Shown here: in pieces, positions 25,386-38,535 of the stretch
How the letters are laid out: each line of letters begins with the position of its first letter
Position numbering within the stretch: position 1 is the first letter of the stretch
Assembly (NCBI RefSeq): GCF_001194135.2
Contig: NC_069000.1
Location: 8,428,688 to 8,492,687, forward strand
Direction: 5' to 3'
DNA: 64,000 nucleotides
Source: Octopus bimaculoides
Lineage: Eukaryota
Translations under genes and position numbers: made by a program
Notes under the pieces: generated by a model
Seen by the model: only the letters and a program-made list of their open reading frames with translations
Told to the model about the DNA's origin: nothing
Databases searched by the model: none

Positions 25386-26478
25386 GATGATGATAATAAT
25401 AATAATGATAATAATAATAACAGAGTTAAGATACTTGAAAAAGTTTTCAGTTTAGTTTTTTTTTTAATAGAATGAAGCATGAAATATTTCAAAGAAAAAT
25501 GAAGCACACACTTAAAAACTACTGCAGAGTGACACTACCAGTTATTTGGTTAAGGAAGGGGTCGGGGAAGGGTGGGGNNNNNNNNNNNNNNNNNNNNNNN
25601 NNNNNNNNNNNNNNNNNNNNNNNNNNNNNNNNNNNNNNNNNNNNNNNNNNNNNNNNNNNNNNNNNNNNNNNNNNNNNNNNNNNNNNNNNNNNGGTGGGGT
25701 GGGGGAGATGATGTCATCAATAATCTCATTATAACAGCTGCAGACTGTAATTCACAGGAAATGGTATTTGATGAAAAATGAAAAAAAAAAAAAACAAAGA
25801 AACACTAAGTTCTGTACTGAAGTAAAAAAAAACAAAACAAAAAAAACAAAAAAAAAACAAAAAAAAAACAAAAGAAAAAAAACTGGGGTGCAAAGACTGA
25901 TAATGCTTTAAATAAACTCACTGGTAACCAATGGCGATGCAATAGTGATAGTGACGATAGTAATGATGAAGATGATAATGGTGGTGGTGGTGATGGTGGT
26001 GGCGGTTGTTTTGCTGTAGATCATTCCATGAGCAAGCGCACCTATGATCAAATTCCTCTATGCATGGCCAATTCAATCCAATCTTATTTTAAAACGAAGG
26101 TGCATGGCTCAGTGTCTAAAGCGTCGGGCTCACAATCATGAGGTAGTGAGTCCGATTCCCAGACAGGGCTGGGTGTTGCATTCTTGAGCAAGACACTTTA
26201 TTTCACGTTGCTCCACTTGATTCAGCTGTAGAAATGATTTGCAACGTTACTGGTGCCATGCTGTTTTTATTTCTACAAAATAGGCAGTTACATTGCGGAA
26301 CAGTTATTTTTACGAGTTGTATTTATTTATCACCGGACGAGGTGCATCTGCACCGCCAAATGCTCCCAAACCAGTTGTTGAGTGTCTGACCCATGAAGAA
26401 TCAACACTAGATGTATCGAAACATATTGTTGTGATTAATAATAAATTCTCATATATTCCATCTTCTGTCTTTCATTTG

Positions 26479-26517
<39 letters not shown>

Positions 26518-26707
26518 TCTGATGATTTGACTTGAATTTGATATTTGTTCTCTGATCAATGTTTTTTTTTTATCTCTGTCTCAATTACATTTGAGCACTT
26601 CTTGTTTGCAGTCTTATAAAACCCTTTTGTCTCCATAAAAAGTGGCAAAAATTATTTCTTGTATATATATATATATATATATACATATATATATGTATAT
26701 GTATGAC

Positions 26708-26865
26708 AGGCTCCTTTTAGTTTCCATCTACCAAATCCACTCACAGGAGCTTAGGTCGGCCTGAGGCTATATAAGAAGACACTTGCCCAAGGTACCACGT
26801 AGTGGGACTGAACCCAGAACCATTTGGTTGATAAGTGAGCTACTTACCACACAGCCACCCCTGCA
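26708..26865 (-). mobile_element. SINE family A copy
   Basis: ...GACACTTGCCCAAGGTACCACGTAGTGGGACTGAACCCAGAACC...CTACTTACCACACAGCCAC. Confidence 0.85.
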
Positions 26866-28431
26866 TCTATATATATGTATGTGTGAATATATATATATAT
26901 ATATATATGCACACACATATTTATATATACATACACACACGTATATAGTGTGTGTCATTTTTGTGGATCATGTGATAAACAGGATGGGCAACATATTCAT
27001 TTTCACTGAGAAAAGCTATGAAAACTGTCAGCTGAAACACATACATTATATAATATAGTTTATAGGTTTACAAACACACAATGTACAAATTTCACAAATT
27101 TTAAGCTTATGTTAAAAATACTAAGATTTAAGTAGGTGACAAAATCAGAAATATGATCCTCATCTTAAGGCATTTGTTACGTATTAGTTACAAAGAAAAC
27201 TTAGCACTAAGTTAGGAACTCAGTGAACAAGGGGTTTACAACTAACTTAATGGGGTTTACCTCAGACGTTTTGCATAAACAATAATTTGAGAGTCATAAT
27301 AACCTGGCAGATAAGATATCAGTCTCTCACTAGGAAAAGTTCTGTGCTAAGTCAGTGACAGCAGACGTTGTGGTTAAGAAGCTCATATTGCAATCACATG
27401 ACTTCAGGTTTAGTCCCAGGGGTGCACAGAACTGTGGGTAAGTGTCTTTCTGTTATACCCCTGGGCTAACCAATGCCATATGAGTCATTTTAGAGGAAGG
27501 AAATGGTGTGGAAGCCCATTATATCATCATCATCATCATCATTGATCATCCGTTTTCTATGCTGGGGGATATAAACAAACCAACACTAGATTGTCAAGTG
27601 GTGGGGGGGGGGCAAACACAGAAACTACAGAAAAATTAGTCTCCATATGTACAAGTTTCAATAGCATTATTGTTATCGACAACAACACCTATTCACTTTT
27701 CCCTGGATCAGACAAAAGTTGTTGAGGCAGATTTTCTGTGGATGGATGCCCTTCTTGTTGCCATCTTTCAACTGTTTCCAAACCAAGCAATATTTTCCCA
27801 TAGCTAGACATGTTTCTCACAGAAAACCAGAAGTGAACACTCTTGCTTGTATGTCAATACTCAATGACAACCATCACATGATGTCTTCCTAATAATACAC
27901 ATACAGACATTAATACATATGTACATTCATACATACATACATGCATTAATACATACATACATTAATACACACATTAATACACACATACATTAATAGACAT
28001 ACATACATTAATACAGACATACATAAATACATACATACATACATACATACATTAATAGACATACATACATCTGAAAAATGGTAAGCCCTCATTAAGTTAT
28101 CTTATCTATGCAGGCACTTCCAAGTGCTTCAAAATCATTGCTATTTTTCATTTTTCAGATCACAATATGTTAATTGTTCATAGCAACTGGCCATGCTGTG
28201 GCTACTGGATGCAAAAGAGTTGACTCATGCTCAAAGAAGGCATATTGTGTGACAACCTGAGGATGGGCTCAGCCAACGTAAATATGAGTACACAAACATC
28301 TTCAGACTCCCTTTGTCACAGCTCAACAGAGTGGTTGTGCAATTCACCAGCAAAGGGAAGGAATCAACTGCATTCCACTCAGGTCAAGCTGGAGCTTCTG
28401 ACAAGTGTTTCAGGCTGTCCAAGTGGATTAT

Positions 28432-28665
28432 TTAACCCTTAAGCATTCAGATTTCTCAGTCAAATGTAATGGTTGTTTGTTTATACAGTCTTAAATTAAT
28501 CATGCATTATCTCATATAGCTTCCAGATTTCAAATCTCGTGACTGGTTATTTTTAAAATAACCTTGTAGCGCAGGGATGATAGGCCAGATCTAGCTGATT
28601 TGAACATAAAGCAGGTAGAATATTTTGGGTGGATATGGCCGGTTTAAATGCAATAAAAGGGTTAA
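28432..28665. mobile_element. piggyBac-type MITE (family 1), full length; partial copies about 7965-8130, 17800-17940, 18287-18410, 47633-47859, 60490-60730, 61260-61370
   Basis: TTAA-CCCTT(A/T)AGCATT ... AATGC..AAAGGG-TTAA termini, consistent with a TTAA target duplication and CCC/GGG ends. Confidence 0.75.
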
Positions 28666-28854
28666 AATAATCTCCATTGTAAAGGCAGCTGATAGTGCAA
28701 AGCAACTCCAAATGAATTGGAGTATTTCTGTGAGATGACTGTATCAGCTTGGTTACTATGGCAGAGCAGCGGGAAGAAAACCTTTCCTTCAACTATAAAA
28801 TATCCAGAGGAGAAAGGAAAAACATATCTTTCAAAAATAATGATGCCAATTTAC

Positions 28855-28859
<5 letters not shown>

Positions 28860-28933
<74 letters not shown>

Positions 28934-30140
28934 ACTCACATAAAAAGCATCATTCAAGCGTGGTCAATGCCAGTGCCACTGGACTGGCTCCTGTACCGGT
29001 GGCACGTAAAAAGCACCATTCAAGCGTAGTCGATGCCAGTGCCGCCTGACTAGCCCCCATGCCAGTGGCATGTAAAAGGTACCCACTACACTCATGGAGT
29101 GGTTAGCATTTGGAAGGGCATCCAGCTGTAGAAACCTTGCCAGATCAGATTGGAGCCTGGTGCAACCGCTGCCCCCACCCCCACCCTCCAGTCAAACCGT
29201 CCAACCCATGCCAGCATGGAAAACGAACGTTAAACGATGATGATGATGATAATGGCCCAGTGCCAAAATTTGAAACAATTTTAGGGACACCTCCCATTCT
29301 TATGATTCTATCCCAAACTGAAAGATACTTCCCATATTTTTCCTGAAACAAAAACTATGTATTGTACAAATACAGTAAATACCTACAATTCACAATATCA
29401 ACCCAAAAAGTAACCCATGAAATGTGGATCGCAAGTTGGAAGACACATGAAATGTTAATTACTTTAACTATATCAATACCCAATAAATAATGAAAATTTT
29501 AGATAATTACAAAGACTGTTTTTTTATTGAAGTTTGTTTCTTTGGTTTCCGGATAAAACATTCTTTGAATTTTGAAATTTGCTTTTTATCTTTCAATTAT
29601 GGAAAGTAACCGAATAAATAAGACAAATGTTTAAGATATTCCTTAGATGAGTCATCAGTTCAAGAGACAAAGCAAATGGCAGCGAAGGATAAACAAAAAC
29701 AATTTTTAAATGATTTTTGTATTGTATTTGATTGTATTGTAAATGATTATCGATATTATATTTGTGACTATGCAAACATGTAAATACACATACACACACA
29801 CACACAAGCATACATGCATGTGCATGCATGCACAAACACATGTGTGCATACACATCCATGCATGCACACACATGGACACATGCAGACACATGCATGCATG
29901 CACAAATATACACATGCACACACACAAATACACACACATGCACACACACAAATACACACATGTACATGCACAAACAAATACACGCACACACATGCATACA
30001 AACACATGCTTGCACACACACACACACACACACTCATGCACACACAGACACACACAAACATGCAACTCCCATTAAGCTTCATATAACTCCTCCTCCTCTC
30101 AAGCGGGAGCCATAAACAAGAGAAATAGTTGAAAGTATCC

Positions 30141-30210
<70 letters not shown>
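28860..30210. repeat. Long microsatellites: (GT)n about 28860-28932, CA/CATG-rich 29785-30062, (GA)n about 30144-30210; similar tracts throughout the window
   Basis: Direct reading. These tracts generate most ORFs in the supplied track. Confidence 0.95.
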
Positions 30211-30214
<4 letters not shown>

Positions 30215-30344
30215 CTTACTACCACAACAGTGGGCAAGGAAGGTGAGGCTGCCATTAGTATTGGCTGATGTGACCCACTTATTAGGGATTCCTGGATAAT
30301 CAGAGGCTGTTCTATTCAGTAAATCAAACAAAATTTTGGGAGAA

Positions 30345-30560
30345 AAATATTTATATAAATATGAGAATGTGTGTCTGTCTATCTGTCTGTGTGAATCCCT
30401 AAAACTTGAGGACTACACAACCAATTTCATTCAAATTTTACACATGCCTTATTTAGGGTCATGTAGTGTCATAGGCCCCAAAAAATGTTTAACTTCTTGC
30501 CTCTGAAGCTGATCTGGAGCAGAGGGGGCATGTCATTGAAAAGGTTGCAAATGACACCAA
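30345..30560 (+). mobile_element. Non-autonomous Helitron-like 5' fragment
   Basis: TATATAAATATGAGAATGTGTGTCTGTCTATCTGTCTG...ACAACCAATTTCATTCAAATTTTACAC, a typical Helitron-N 5' pattern (from memory). No 3' end found. Confidence 0.4.
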
Positions 30561-33500
30561 AAGTGGCTTTGGCAAACATAACCGATCAATTAATTAGCCA
30601 AATAGTTAACCAAACAACCAATCAATTAACTGCTTCAATAATTAACCAATTGATGAATAATAAAATGTGTGTTTAATATTGGCATAACGACCCTCCCGAG
30701 ATACAACAAAATATTTAAGACTCATCTATTTGATATTAATGATATTAATTATTATCACATCGTTATTAGCAAGTTGGTGTAAAGTAATCCCAAAATGATT
30801 TATATGTTCATTTAACTTTGTGCAGTTTGCTAATGACTGAGAAAATCACAAATGTCAAACAATCTCATTCCTTTTTCCTATGAGCCTGAGATATTGACCT
30901 ATGGAATAAACCTTCAGTATTATACACGATCATAAGTAATCGACTTAGCCCCTCTCCCAAAATTGCTGGCCTTGTGCCAAAATCTGAAACCATTTTATTG
31001 ATTCATTACTTTGACACTTCACTTGACAATAATGATCCTTCCACGGGTTCGAAAACCAAGTTATAATTTTTACTTTACTTTACTTTACTTTACGCGATCC
31101 ATTCACCTATCAAAACAAAATAACCAAACGTAGATGCATTGACTATCAATAGATTTGTATTTTATCGGAGATAGAAGAGGGGGGGGGGTGATATCACATC
31201 TGCTTCATGCCATGAAACTAGAGCTAAGTACCAGTTTTATGGGCCTCTTAAGTCACTTGAAAATATTTACTTCAAACAGAATGATTCACCTTTGTCTAGA
31301 AGGCTTGGCCTATATTCATATCGACATTTTGTCAGTGTGGAGAGAATGCTCAGTCAGCTATACCAGCATAAATGTTGTTGTTGTAAGCAGGAAGGTGCAA
31401 TTTGATCACAATAAAATACAAAGTATTTTGCTTGTTTGTTTAATGTGACAATGACGAATTTGTTTAGGCATATTTTGATAAAAATATTTAAGTTTTTTTA
31501 AAATTTTTTTTTTAGTTATTACTTTGCCTTTGATTAACTAAACTATATTACAGGAAAAAATATATATATTCACAATCATATATACAAGCAAGCCTTAAAT
31601 TACGTGTTTCAAGTCATGCCTTTTCCTACTTTAAGTTGATTTAAAAAAAAAAAATAAACCTCAACTTCAGTCAGTTTTAAATGACTTTAAATCAATTACA
31701 GCAAACATTAAAGATAGGTTAAAAAATTTAAAAAAAAAAAAACACCTCAAAACCAATACTAAAAATCAAATAAAACACTTATGATAATATTCTTTTGTAC
31801 ACTAGGCACAAGGCCCGAAATTTGGTGTGAGGGGGCCCAGTCAATTAGATCGACCCTAGTATGCAACTTGTACTTAATTTATTGGCCCCGAAAGGATGAA
31901 AGGCAAAGTTGACCTCAGTGGAATTTCCCATAGCCAGACACGTTTTCCAATGGAAGGCCAGAAACGCAGTTACTTTATTACAGTGCTGCTCATTTACAAC
32001 CATTACATGAGCTCAGGATACAAGTACACACACACACAAGACTTCTTTTAGTTTCTATCAAATCCACTGACAAGGTTTTGGTTGACCCAGTGCTATAGTA
32101 GAAGACACTGGCCTAAGGTGCTGTGCAAAAGGACAGAACACAAAACCAGATGAAAACCAACAGTTATGTGACATCATCACAAGCAATTTCAAAATGAGAT
32201 TAGGAATCCAGAAATAGCCATCAACACAGAAAGTCATTTTCTGACTCAGAGGATTGTCTGTCTTTTTGCAATTAATCTAACTCAAACATAATCTCTTTTA
32301 ATCTCTTCTAATCAGGTTTTTATCTGGTACAATTCCTCTGACTTCAATAAATATTAAAAATAACTTTCCTATGACTTTCAGTAGGATTCCTCGATGGATT
32401 AAGAGCAAGGGACTCTATCTGCTGAAATTCTTTCTTTCAAATTGACCGATCAGTCATCAAAGTGACATGGCACATGAATAACCACCAGTTCACTAAACAG
32501 TAAAGGCTGCCTGCAAAACCACAAAGCTAAGAAAACTAAATTATGATGTCAAGTCTCAAGAGAAAAGACAGAAAAACTGGTACTGCTTCGGTTGAGTTAA
32601 ACAAATGGCTTGGTTTTAGACATCCAATTAATATTTTATGAATGACGCTTTCTTCGTAATCTTGAATCTTTCGATAACATGACTAAGCATTTAGTTAAAT
32701 TCAATATTTTCTGCAGTTGAAAGCTCTTATCTTTAACGTTTTAGCAGTCAAACTGGCTGTATCTGGCCCAGATAGTCTAATTGTTTTATGTTCAAACTAG
32801 CCACAGACAGCATCTCACATTTACCCAGCAATGGCATTCTCCTTCCATGCTGGCATGGGTTGGACAGTTTGACAGGACCTGGCCATGCAGAAGCCTGCAC
32901 CAGACTTCTGTGTCTCTTTTGACAGGATTGTTTTTATGACTGGATGCTCTTCCTAACATGAACCACTCCACAGAGTGAGCCGAGTGCTTTTTACATGGCA
33001 CCAGCACAGGCAAGGTCAGTTTTGGTATGGTCTTTACAATTGGATGCCCTTCCTAATGCCAACCCCTTAACAGTGTGGACTGGATGCTTTTCAAGTGGCA
33101 CCTGCAATTTTTTAAATGTGAATAAATAGCCACAACATTTGAATGCTAAAGGGTTACTACCACCATTAAATCTTACTATATTATGTTCAGTATAAGATGA
33201 TGGGAATACAATTTAGTTAAATGATTTGGGCAAAGATGATAAAGAAAGGTGCAATCAAGAAAGAGCTGGAAGTGCATTGTGACCGGCAGAGTATAACAAT
33301 ATCCAGTAGTCTGGTTGATACACTGATATTGTATTCAGTAAGTAAAATAAATACTGTCTTGAGTACTAAGATTCATAGTTACCGAGTTTCTCAGCGACCA
33401 AGATCTCAATATGGATGTTAGTCCTTCACAGGGTTACTCATAGACAGCTGAGTAGACTGAGGCAATGAGCAATAAAGTGTTTTGCTCAAGAACATATCAC

Positions 33501-36500
33501 ACCACATGATCATGATGATGATCATCATCATCGTTTAACGTCCGCTTTCCATGCTAGCATGGGTTGGACGACTTGACTGAGGACTGGTGAAACCGGATGG
33601 CAACACCAGGCTCCAATCTAAATTTGGCAGAGTTTCTACAGCTGGATGCCCTTCCTAACGCCAACCACTCAGAGAGTGTAGTAGGTGCTTTTACGTGTCA
33701 CCTGCACGAAGGCCAGTCAGGCGGTACTGGCAACGGCCACGCTCGAAATGGTGTCTTTTATGTGCCACCCGCACAAGCCAGTCCAGGGGCACTGGCAACG
33801 ATCTCGCTCAGGAATCAAAATCATGATCTTGCTATCATTAAGCGAAATACCCTATGCACTAAAATATGGTACTTCAAACACATTAGTCTAATGTATGGTG
33901 CAGTTTAAATTAACTAATGTTTTCATTTATTTGGCAATGGCATTTATTGAATGAAGAGCTATCAATTAAATCACTGAAGATCAGTAAAGATATAAACAAT
34001 ACCACAGAGATCATGGCAGATATCTTAAATAATATGCAATGTTTGCCAATTATTACAAATGCAAGTTGGCCGAAAGACCATACGTCTATGAACCATGTGC
34101 AGGAAATGAGATTATTAGAACAGTGAGAGCATGCTAAGAGAAAGGTGCCACAATCTATTGCTAGAAACACAATTTTTGCTGCAACTTGTGAAAAAAACGT
34201 GTTACAGTGTAGTGTGTTGTGTGAATCTCACTGATTTTTTTTCTTCTTTTTTCTGCTTGTCTGAAACCAGTCACTCATTGCTGCTAATCACATAATTATC
34301 ACTGCAACAGGCTGGCTGCATTTCAGCCATCTTTTGTGCCGTGTACAGTACATGTGTATCATCAGCAGTCATTGTGCAAGACTTAACACTTGTCTCAGGG
34401 TTAATGCAGGAGCTAATGAGTGCAGGTCCTTCATCCACTACAAACAAAAGCCAGTGTCCACACTGGTGGGAAGAAAAAAACCCCAGAAATGTTTAAACTA
34501 TTAGCACTAATCAGCAAAGTTATGATACACACACACACACATATATAGATACGTACATATACATAAATACACACATATATATACATATATACACATATAT
34601 ATACACATACATACATGCACATACATACATACATACATGCACACATACATACATGCACATACATGCACATACATACATGCATACATACATGCATACATAC
34701 ATACATACATACATACATACATGCATATACATACATGCATATACATACATATCCAAATTCTAAAACTTGTCAAATCAAAATATGCATTTCGCTTTTTAAA
34801 CGACAAAAAGCTGATGTTTAATTATTGTATGAAGAACAACGTAACCAAATATATTAACCACAACACCATTCAGGAGAGAGAGGGGGGGAGAGTGTGTGTG
34901 TGTGTGTGTGTGTTTGTGTGTGTGTGTGGAAAGATTTAAAAAAGAAAAAGACGAGCAATAATTACTGTAAACACAAATAGCAATTGTAATTGATCTAGCT
35001 TAATCACTGGAGACAAACCGCGCTCGGTTTGTAGCACTTTCTTCCAAGTGCCACTTAATTATTGACAGTTTTACTCCGATACACTGCTCTGTTTCCCAGT
35101 AGACCAAACGACGTTTACTGGCTTCGTGTGGCAAAGGCAATATTTGTTTATATAAGTCTGATTTATAAAGAGGGAGAGAGGAAAGTTGTGACAAGACTCT
35201 CAAATGGCTACTCGAACCTGGTGTTTCGTCAGGCTGCTGATGAATTTCATAACCATATTTTTGCCCCACTTTCTCGTGTGTTATTGATTTTCGTTGCTTT
35301 TGTAGAGAGATTTGGGTATGATCAATACAACTGACTTCAATATTTGACCCAGGAGGGATCGAAACAATAGCAGCACTGTAAAATTCAAAGTTTTACAATG
35401 GTAGGGCGACTCGGTGCCTTTCCGTGGTCACGCAACCTACTAGAAATGGCAGCTGAGTCGCCATCAAATTAAACTCTACATCTTGAAAAGGGAGAGACAT
35501 ATTGTCTGGATTACCATTGATAAAAAGTCTTCTTAGTCAGGGATTAAAATAACAACTAACAATGAGGAGTCAGTGTAGAAGCCTCTGTGTGGCCAACTGT
35601 CTTGCTAGAAATAACAGCCAAATTCTCTCAGATCACAGCCCTGTCTTAAAAAAAAAGGAATGGTTGCATTAAATAATGCAGGCCTAAATGCTCCTAAGAA
35701 TGTGTGATGGCCATGGTTGGAAGGCCTTTTTTTATCATAGGTCTACTCAAACAATAAAACTTCTTTAATAGATTAAGAAATGGCAAGCTGTAATAGTGAT
35801 AACTTCCCTTAATTGGAATTAAGTGAAACATATGCAACTGGACCTATAGTAACAAAAATAATGATTTCCTAATTAACAATGCCATGATATCCAATAGCAC
35901 AAGCTAACAACATACTTAATTATTATGCAGTACTTCTACTGTTCTTTGAAGAAGGCACTTCAAGTTCGTCTTGAAAGTATGTACATGAGGCTTCTCATGG
36001 AAGCTCAGAACATCCTATATCTTTAATACAAGATCAAAGAGGAGATCTATAGACACATTCTAACTATGGTTGCTCAATGCAGGGCAGTTGGCTTTGCTGC
36101 TCACTGATATCATGCTGAACACCAGGCCATATTGGATGTTGGATTCTGGAGACTAGCCAAACTACATAGATGTTCTTGAGAAGGCACATAACATGGAGCA
36201 TGAAACGATTATATATATATATATACACACACACACAACCATATATACATACTCAGACACATACAGAAACATGTAAATATATGACAAGCAACATGACTGA
36301 AATAGATGCACAATCCCCACCTCCTCCAAGTCTAAAGTTCAAATCCTCAAATTTGAAAGAAAGAAAGAAAGAGAGGGAGAGAGAAAAAGAAAGAAAGAAA
36401 GAAAAACAGGCAGGCAGGCAGGCAGACAGATTGACAGGGAGACAGACAGACATACATTAATGAAAATTTTATTCATGTTTTGCCAAAAATACCAAATAAA

Positions 36501-37264
36501 AAGTGTTCTTGGCAGCCTTTTCTACCCTCAAAAGTTTGGTTTCTGTTGTGTTGAAGATTTGATAATCATCACAATTCATCATTATTATTTAACATCCCTT
36601 TAACCATGCTGGTCTGGGTTGGATGGTATGACAGGCACCAATGAACTAGAAGCAGGGCTATGGAGCTGGAGTCATGGAGTCGGAGAGTCAGAAACAGTTA
36701 AGCCACACGCCTTCACACGAGACAGGGTAGGAACCACAAAGTCTGAGACTAGTAAGCTAGAACTGCACCTACCAAGCCAACCATATTTCAAAATGAAACT
36801 ATTTCACCAAAAAGAAAAAACACTACCATGAAGTTCAACTAATTCAATGCAATATTTTATGAATCTCACTTACAAAAATAACAAGCCATTTGCAATGAAA
36901 AGACTAAAAGTTTTCTTTGGGGTTTTTTTCTTAATATTTTCTTCTTTGTAAAACTGTAAACCACTTGGGTATCAAGTACTTCTGGCTTTCGTAGAAATGC
37001 CACAGGCAGGATATGACATCATGGATGGTAATTTGCAGATCTACCCAAGCCTAAATAATAAAGGCATTTGTAAGAGATCATTTTCTATGCATATATTTCC
37101 CAGAAAATCAACCACTTTGAACAACTCCAGATAAGTCAGTATTATATTTTTTCATAACCATATCTAAGTTCATGAACATAGGTAAGGATAGACACAAAAA
37201 ATGAATTGAAGATAACAAGTTTAGCTTCTTTTTTTTTTTGGTTCTTTTTTATCAACCTCTCCTC

Positions 37265-37960
37265 TTCTGAGGATTAAATGCTATAGCTGGTGCATTACCA
37301 TACCAGCACCTGCAATTCTAGCATCCAACTCAGCCTCCTGCTTCCCATCACTTGTGATTAGAACCCTAAGAACTTCACTTGCTTTAGTTCAGTAATGCTC
37401 CACAAAGATGCAGAGTTACGCTGTGAAGACTTTCTTGCAAGGACCAACATCTGAGTCTTTGCAACACTAATTCTCATCCATGCCTAGCAGTACATAGCAG
37501 CAAAGCCAGTTAGTGAAAGCAAGAAATCCCCTTCCAAGTAAGAGCATGTTTGTAAATATCAGGTGACCAACCATACATCCACCAAGTGTGACACCATTTC
37601 CAAAACAACTGTGCATGTCAATCCATTTTTATAAGAATTATGAAAATGAGAGATGACAATACACATCCCGCCCAAAGTCCAACACCCATGCTGAAAGGTT
37701 TTGATTCAGCACCATTTACCTGACCACAAACATCTGAGTGTTCAGATAGAGATCTCACGACAACCAGTATGCTCCTTGGTATGCAGTCGTATACCTTTCC
37801 AAGGTTTCCCAAAGTAAGTGCACACTTCTTGGCAATATTCCCATGATTTCTCAAAGACCTACTTGTAATGTGAATATCTGGTCAGTTGTGTTGCATCCAG
37901 GATGGGTGCTACACTGCTCTTCAGCTAGCTTGGGCTCAACAATGTCCCTACAGGTGAAGG
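37265..37960 (-). mobile_element. Decayed RTE-clade RT fragment (second lineage)
   Basis: Track ORF 37618..37854 contains LGKVYDCIPR (DLEKAYD-like) and MGVGLWAGCVLSSLIFII (GVGLRQGCVLSP-like). Confidence 0.75.
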
Positions 37961-38086
37961 TAGAAAGTTGATTTGGTCTACTCAGTGCAAGCTACGGACA
38001 TACAAGAGGTGCCGTGGAATCACAGGAAGGTTAACATAGAAAATTGACTTTGTATGTGACGAATGCGCAGAAGCAATAAACACGAG

Positions 38087-38137
<51 letters not shown>

Positions 38138-38498
38138 TAGATGGTTATAAGTACTGTGAGGCATGTAGGACATATTCCAAAGCACCAGGGATAATCAAAG
38201 CCTTGCAAGTGGATCTGATAGACAGAAACTGGAATAAGCCTGTCGTGTGCGTGCATGCGCATGCAGGTGTGTATGTGGGGGGAAGGTCTTTGTCTTGACA
38301 TCACGTGAAAGTTGTAAATGATTGTCACTGTCATAGAAGCAGTGTCATTTGTTTCTGATATTTCGTAAAAAAAATGTCTAACCAAGGAGAAATAGTAACT
38401 TACAAGGAAACGAGTAACGCTTGGCAACAGGAAAATCTACCTCAATAAACTCCATCTGACCCATGCAAGCATAGAAGAATGAACATTAAAATGATATA

Positions 38499-38535
<37 letters not shown>

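Noticed and set aside
29593-30115. Long Cys/Val- or His/Thr-rich ORFs (also 34431-34939 and ORFs spanning N-gaps)
   Set aside because: These are translations of (CA)n/(CATA)n microsatellites or of N runs.
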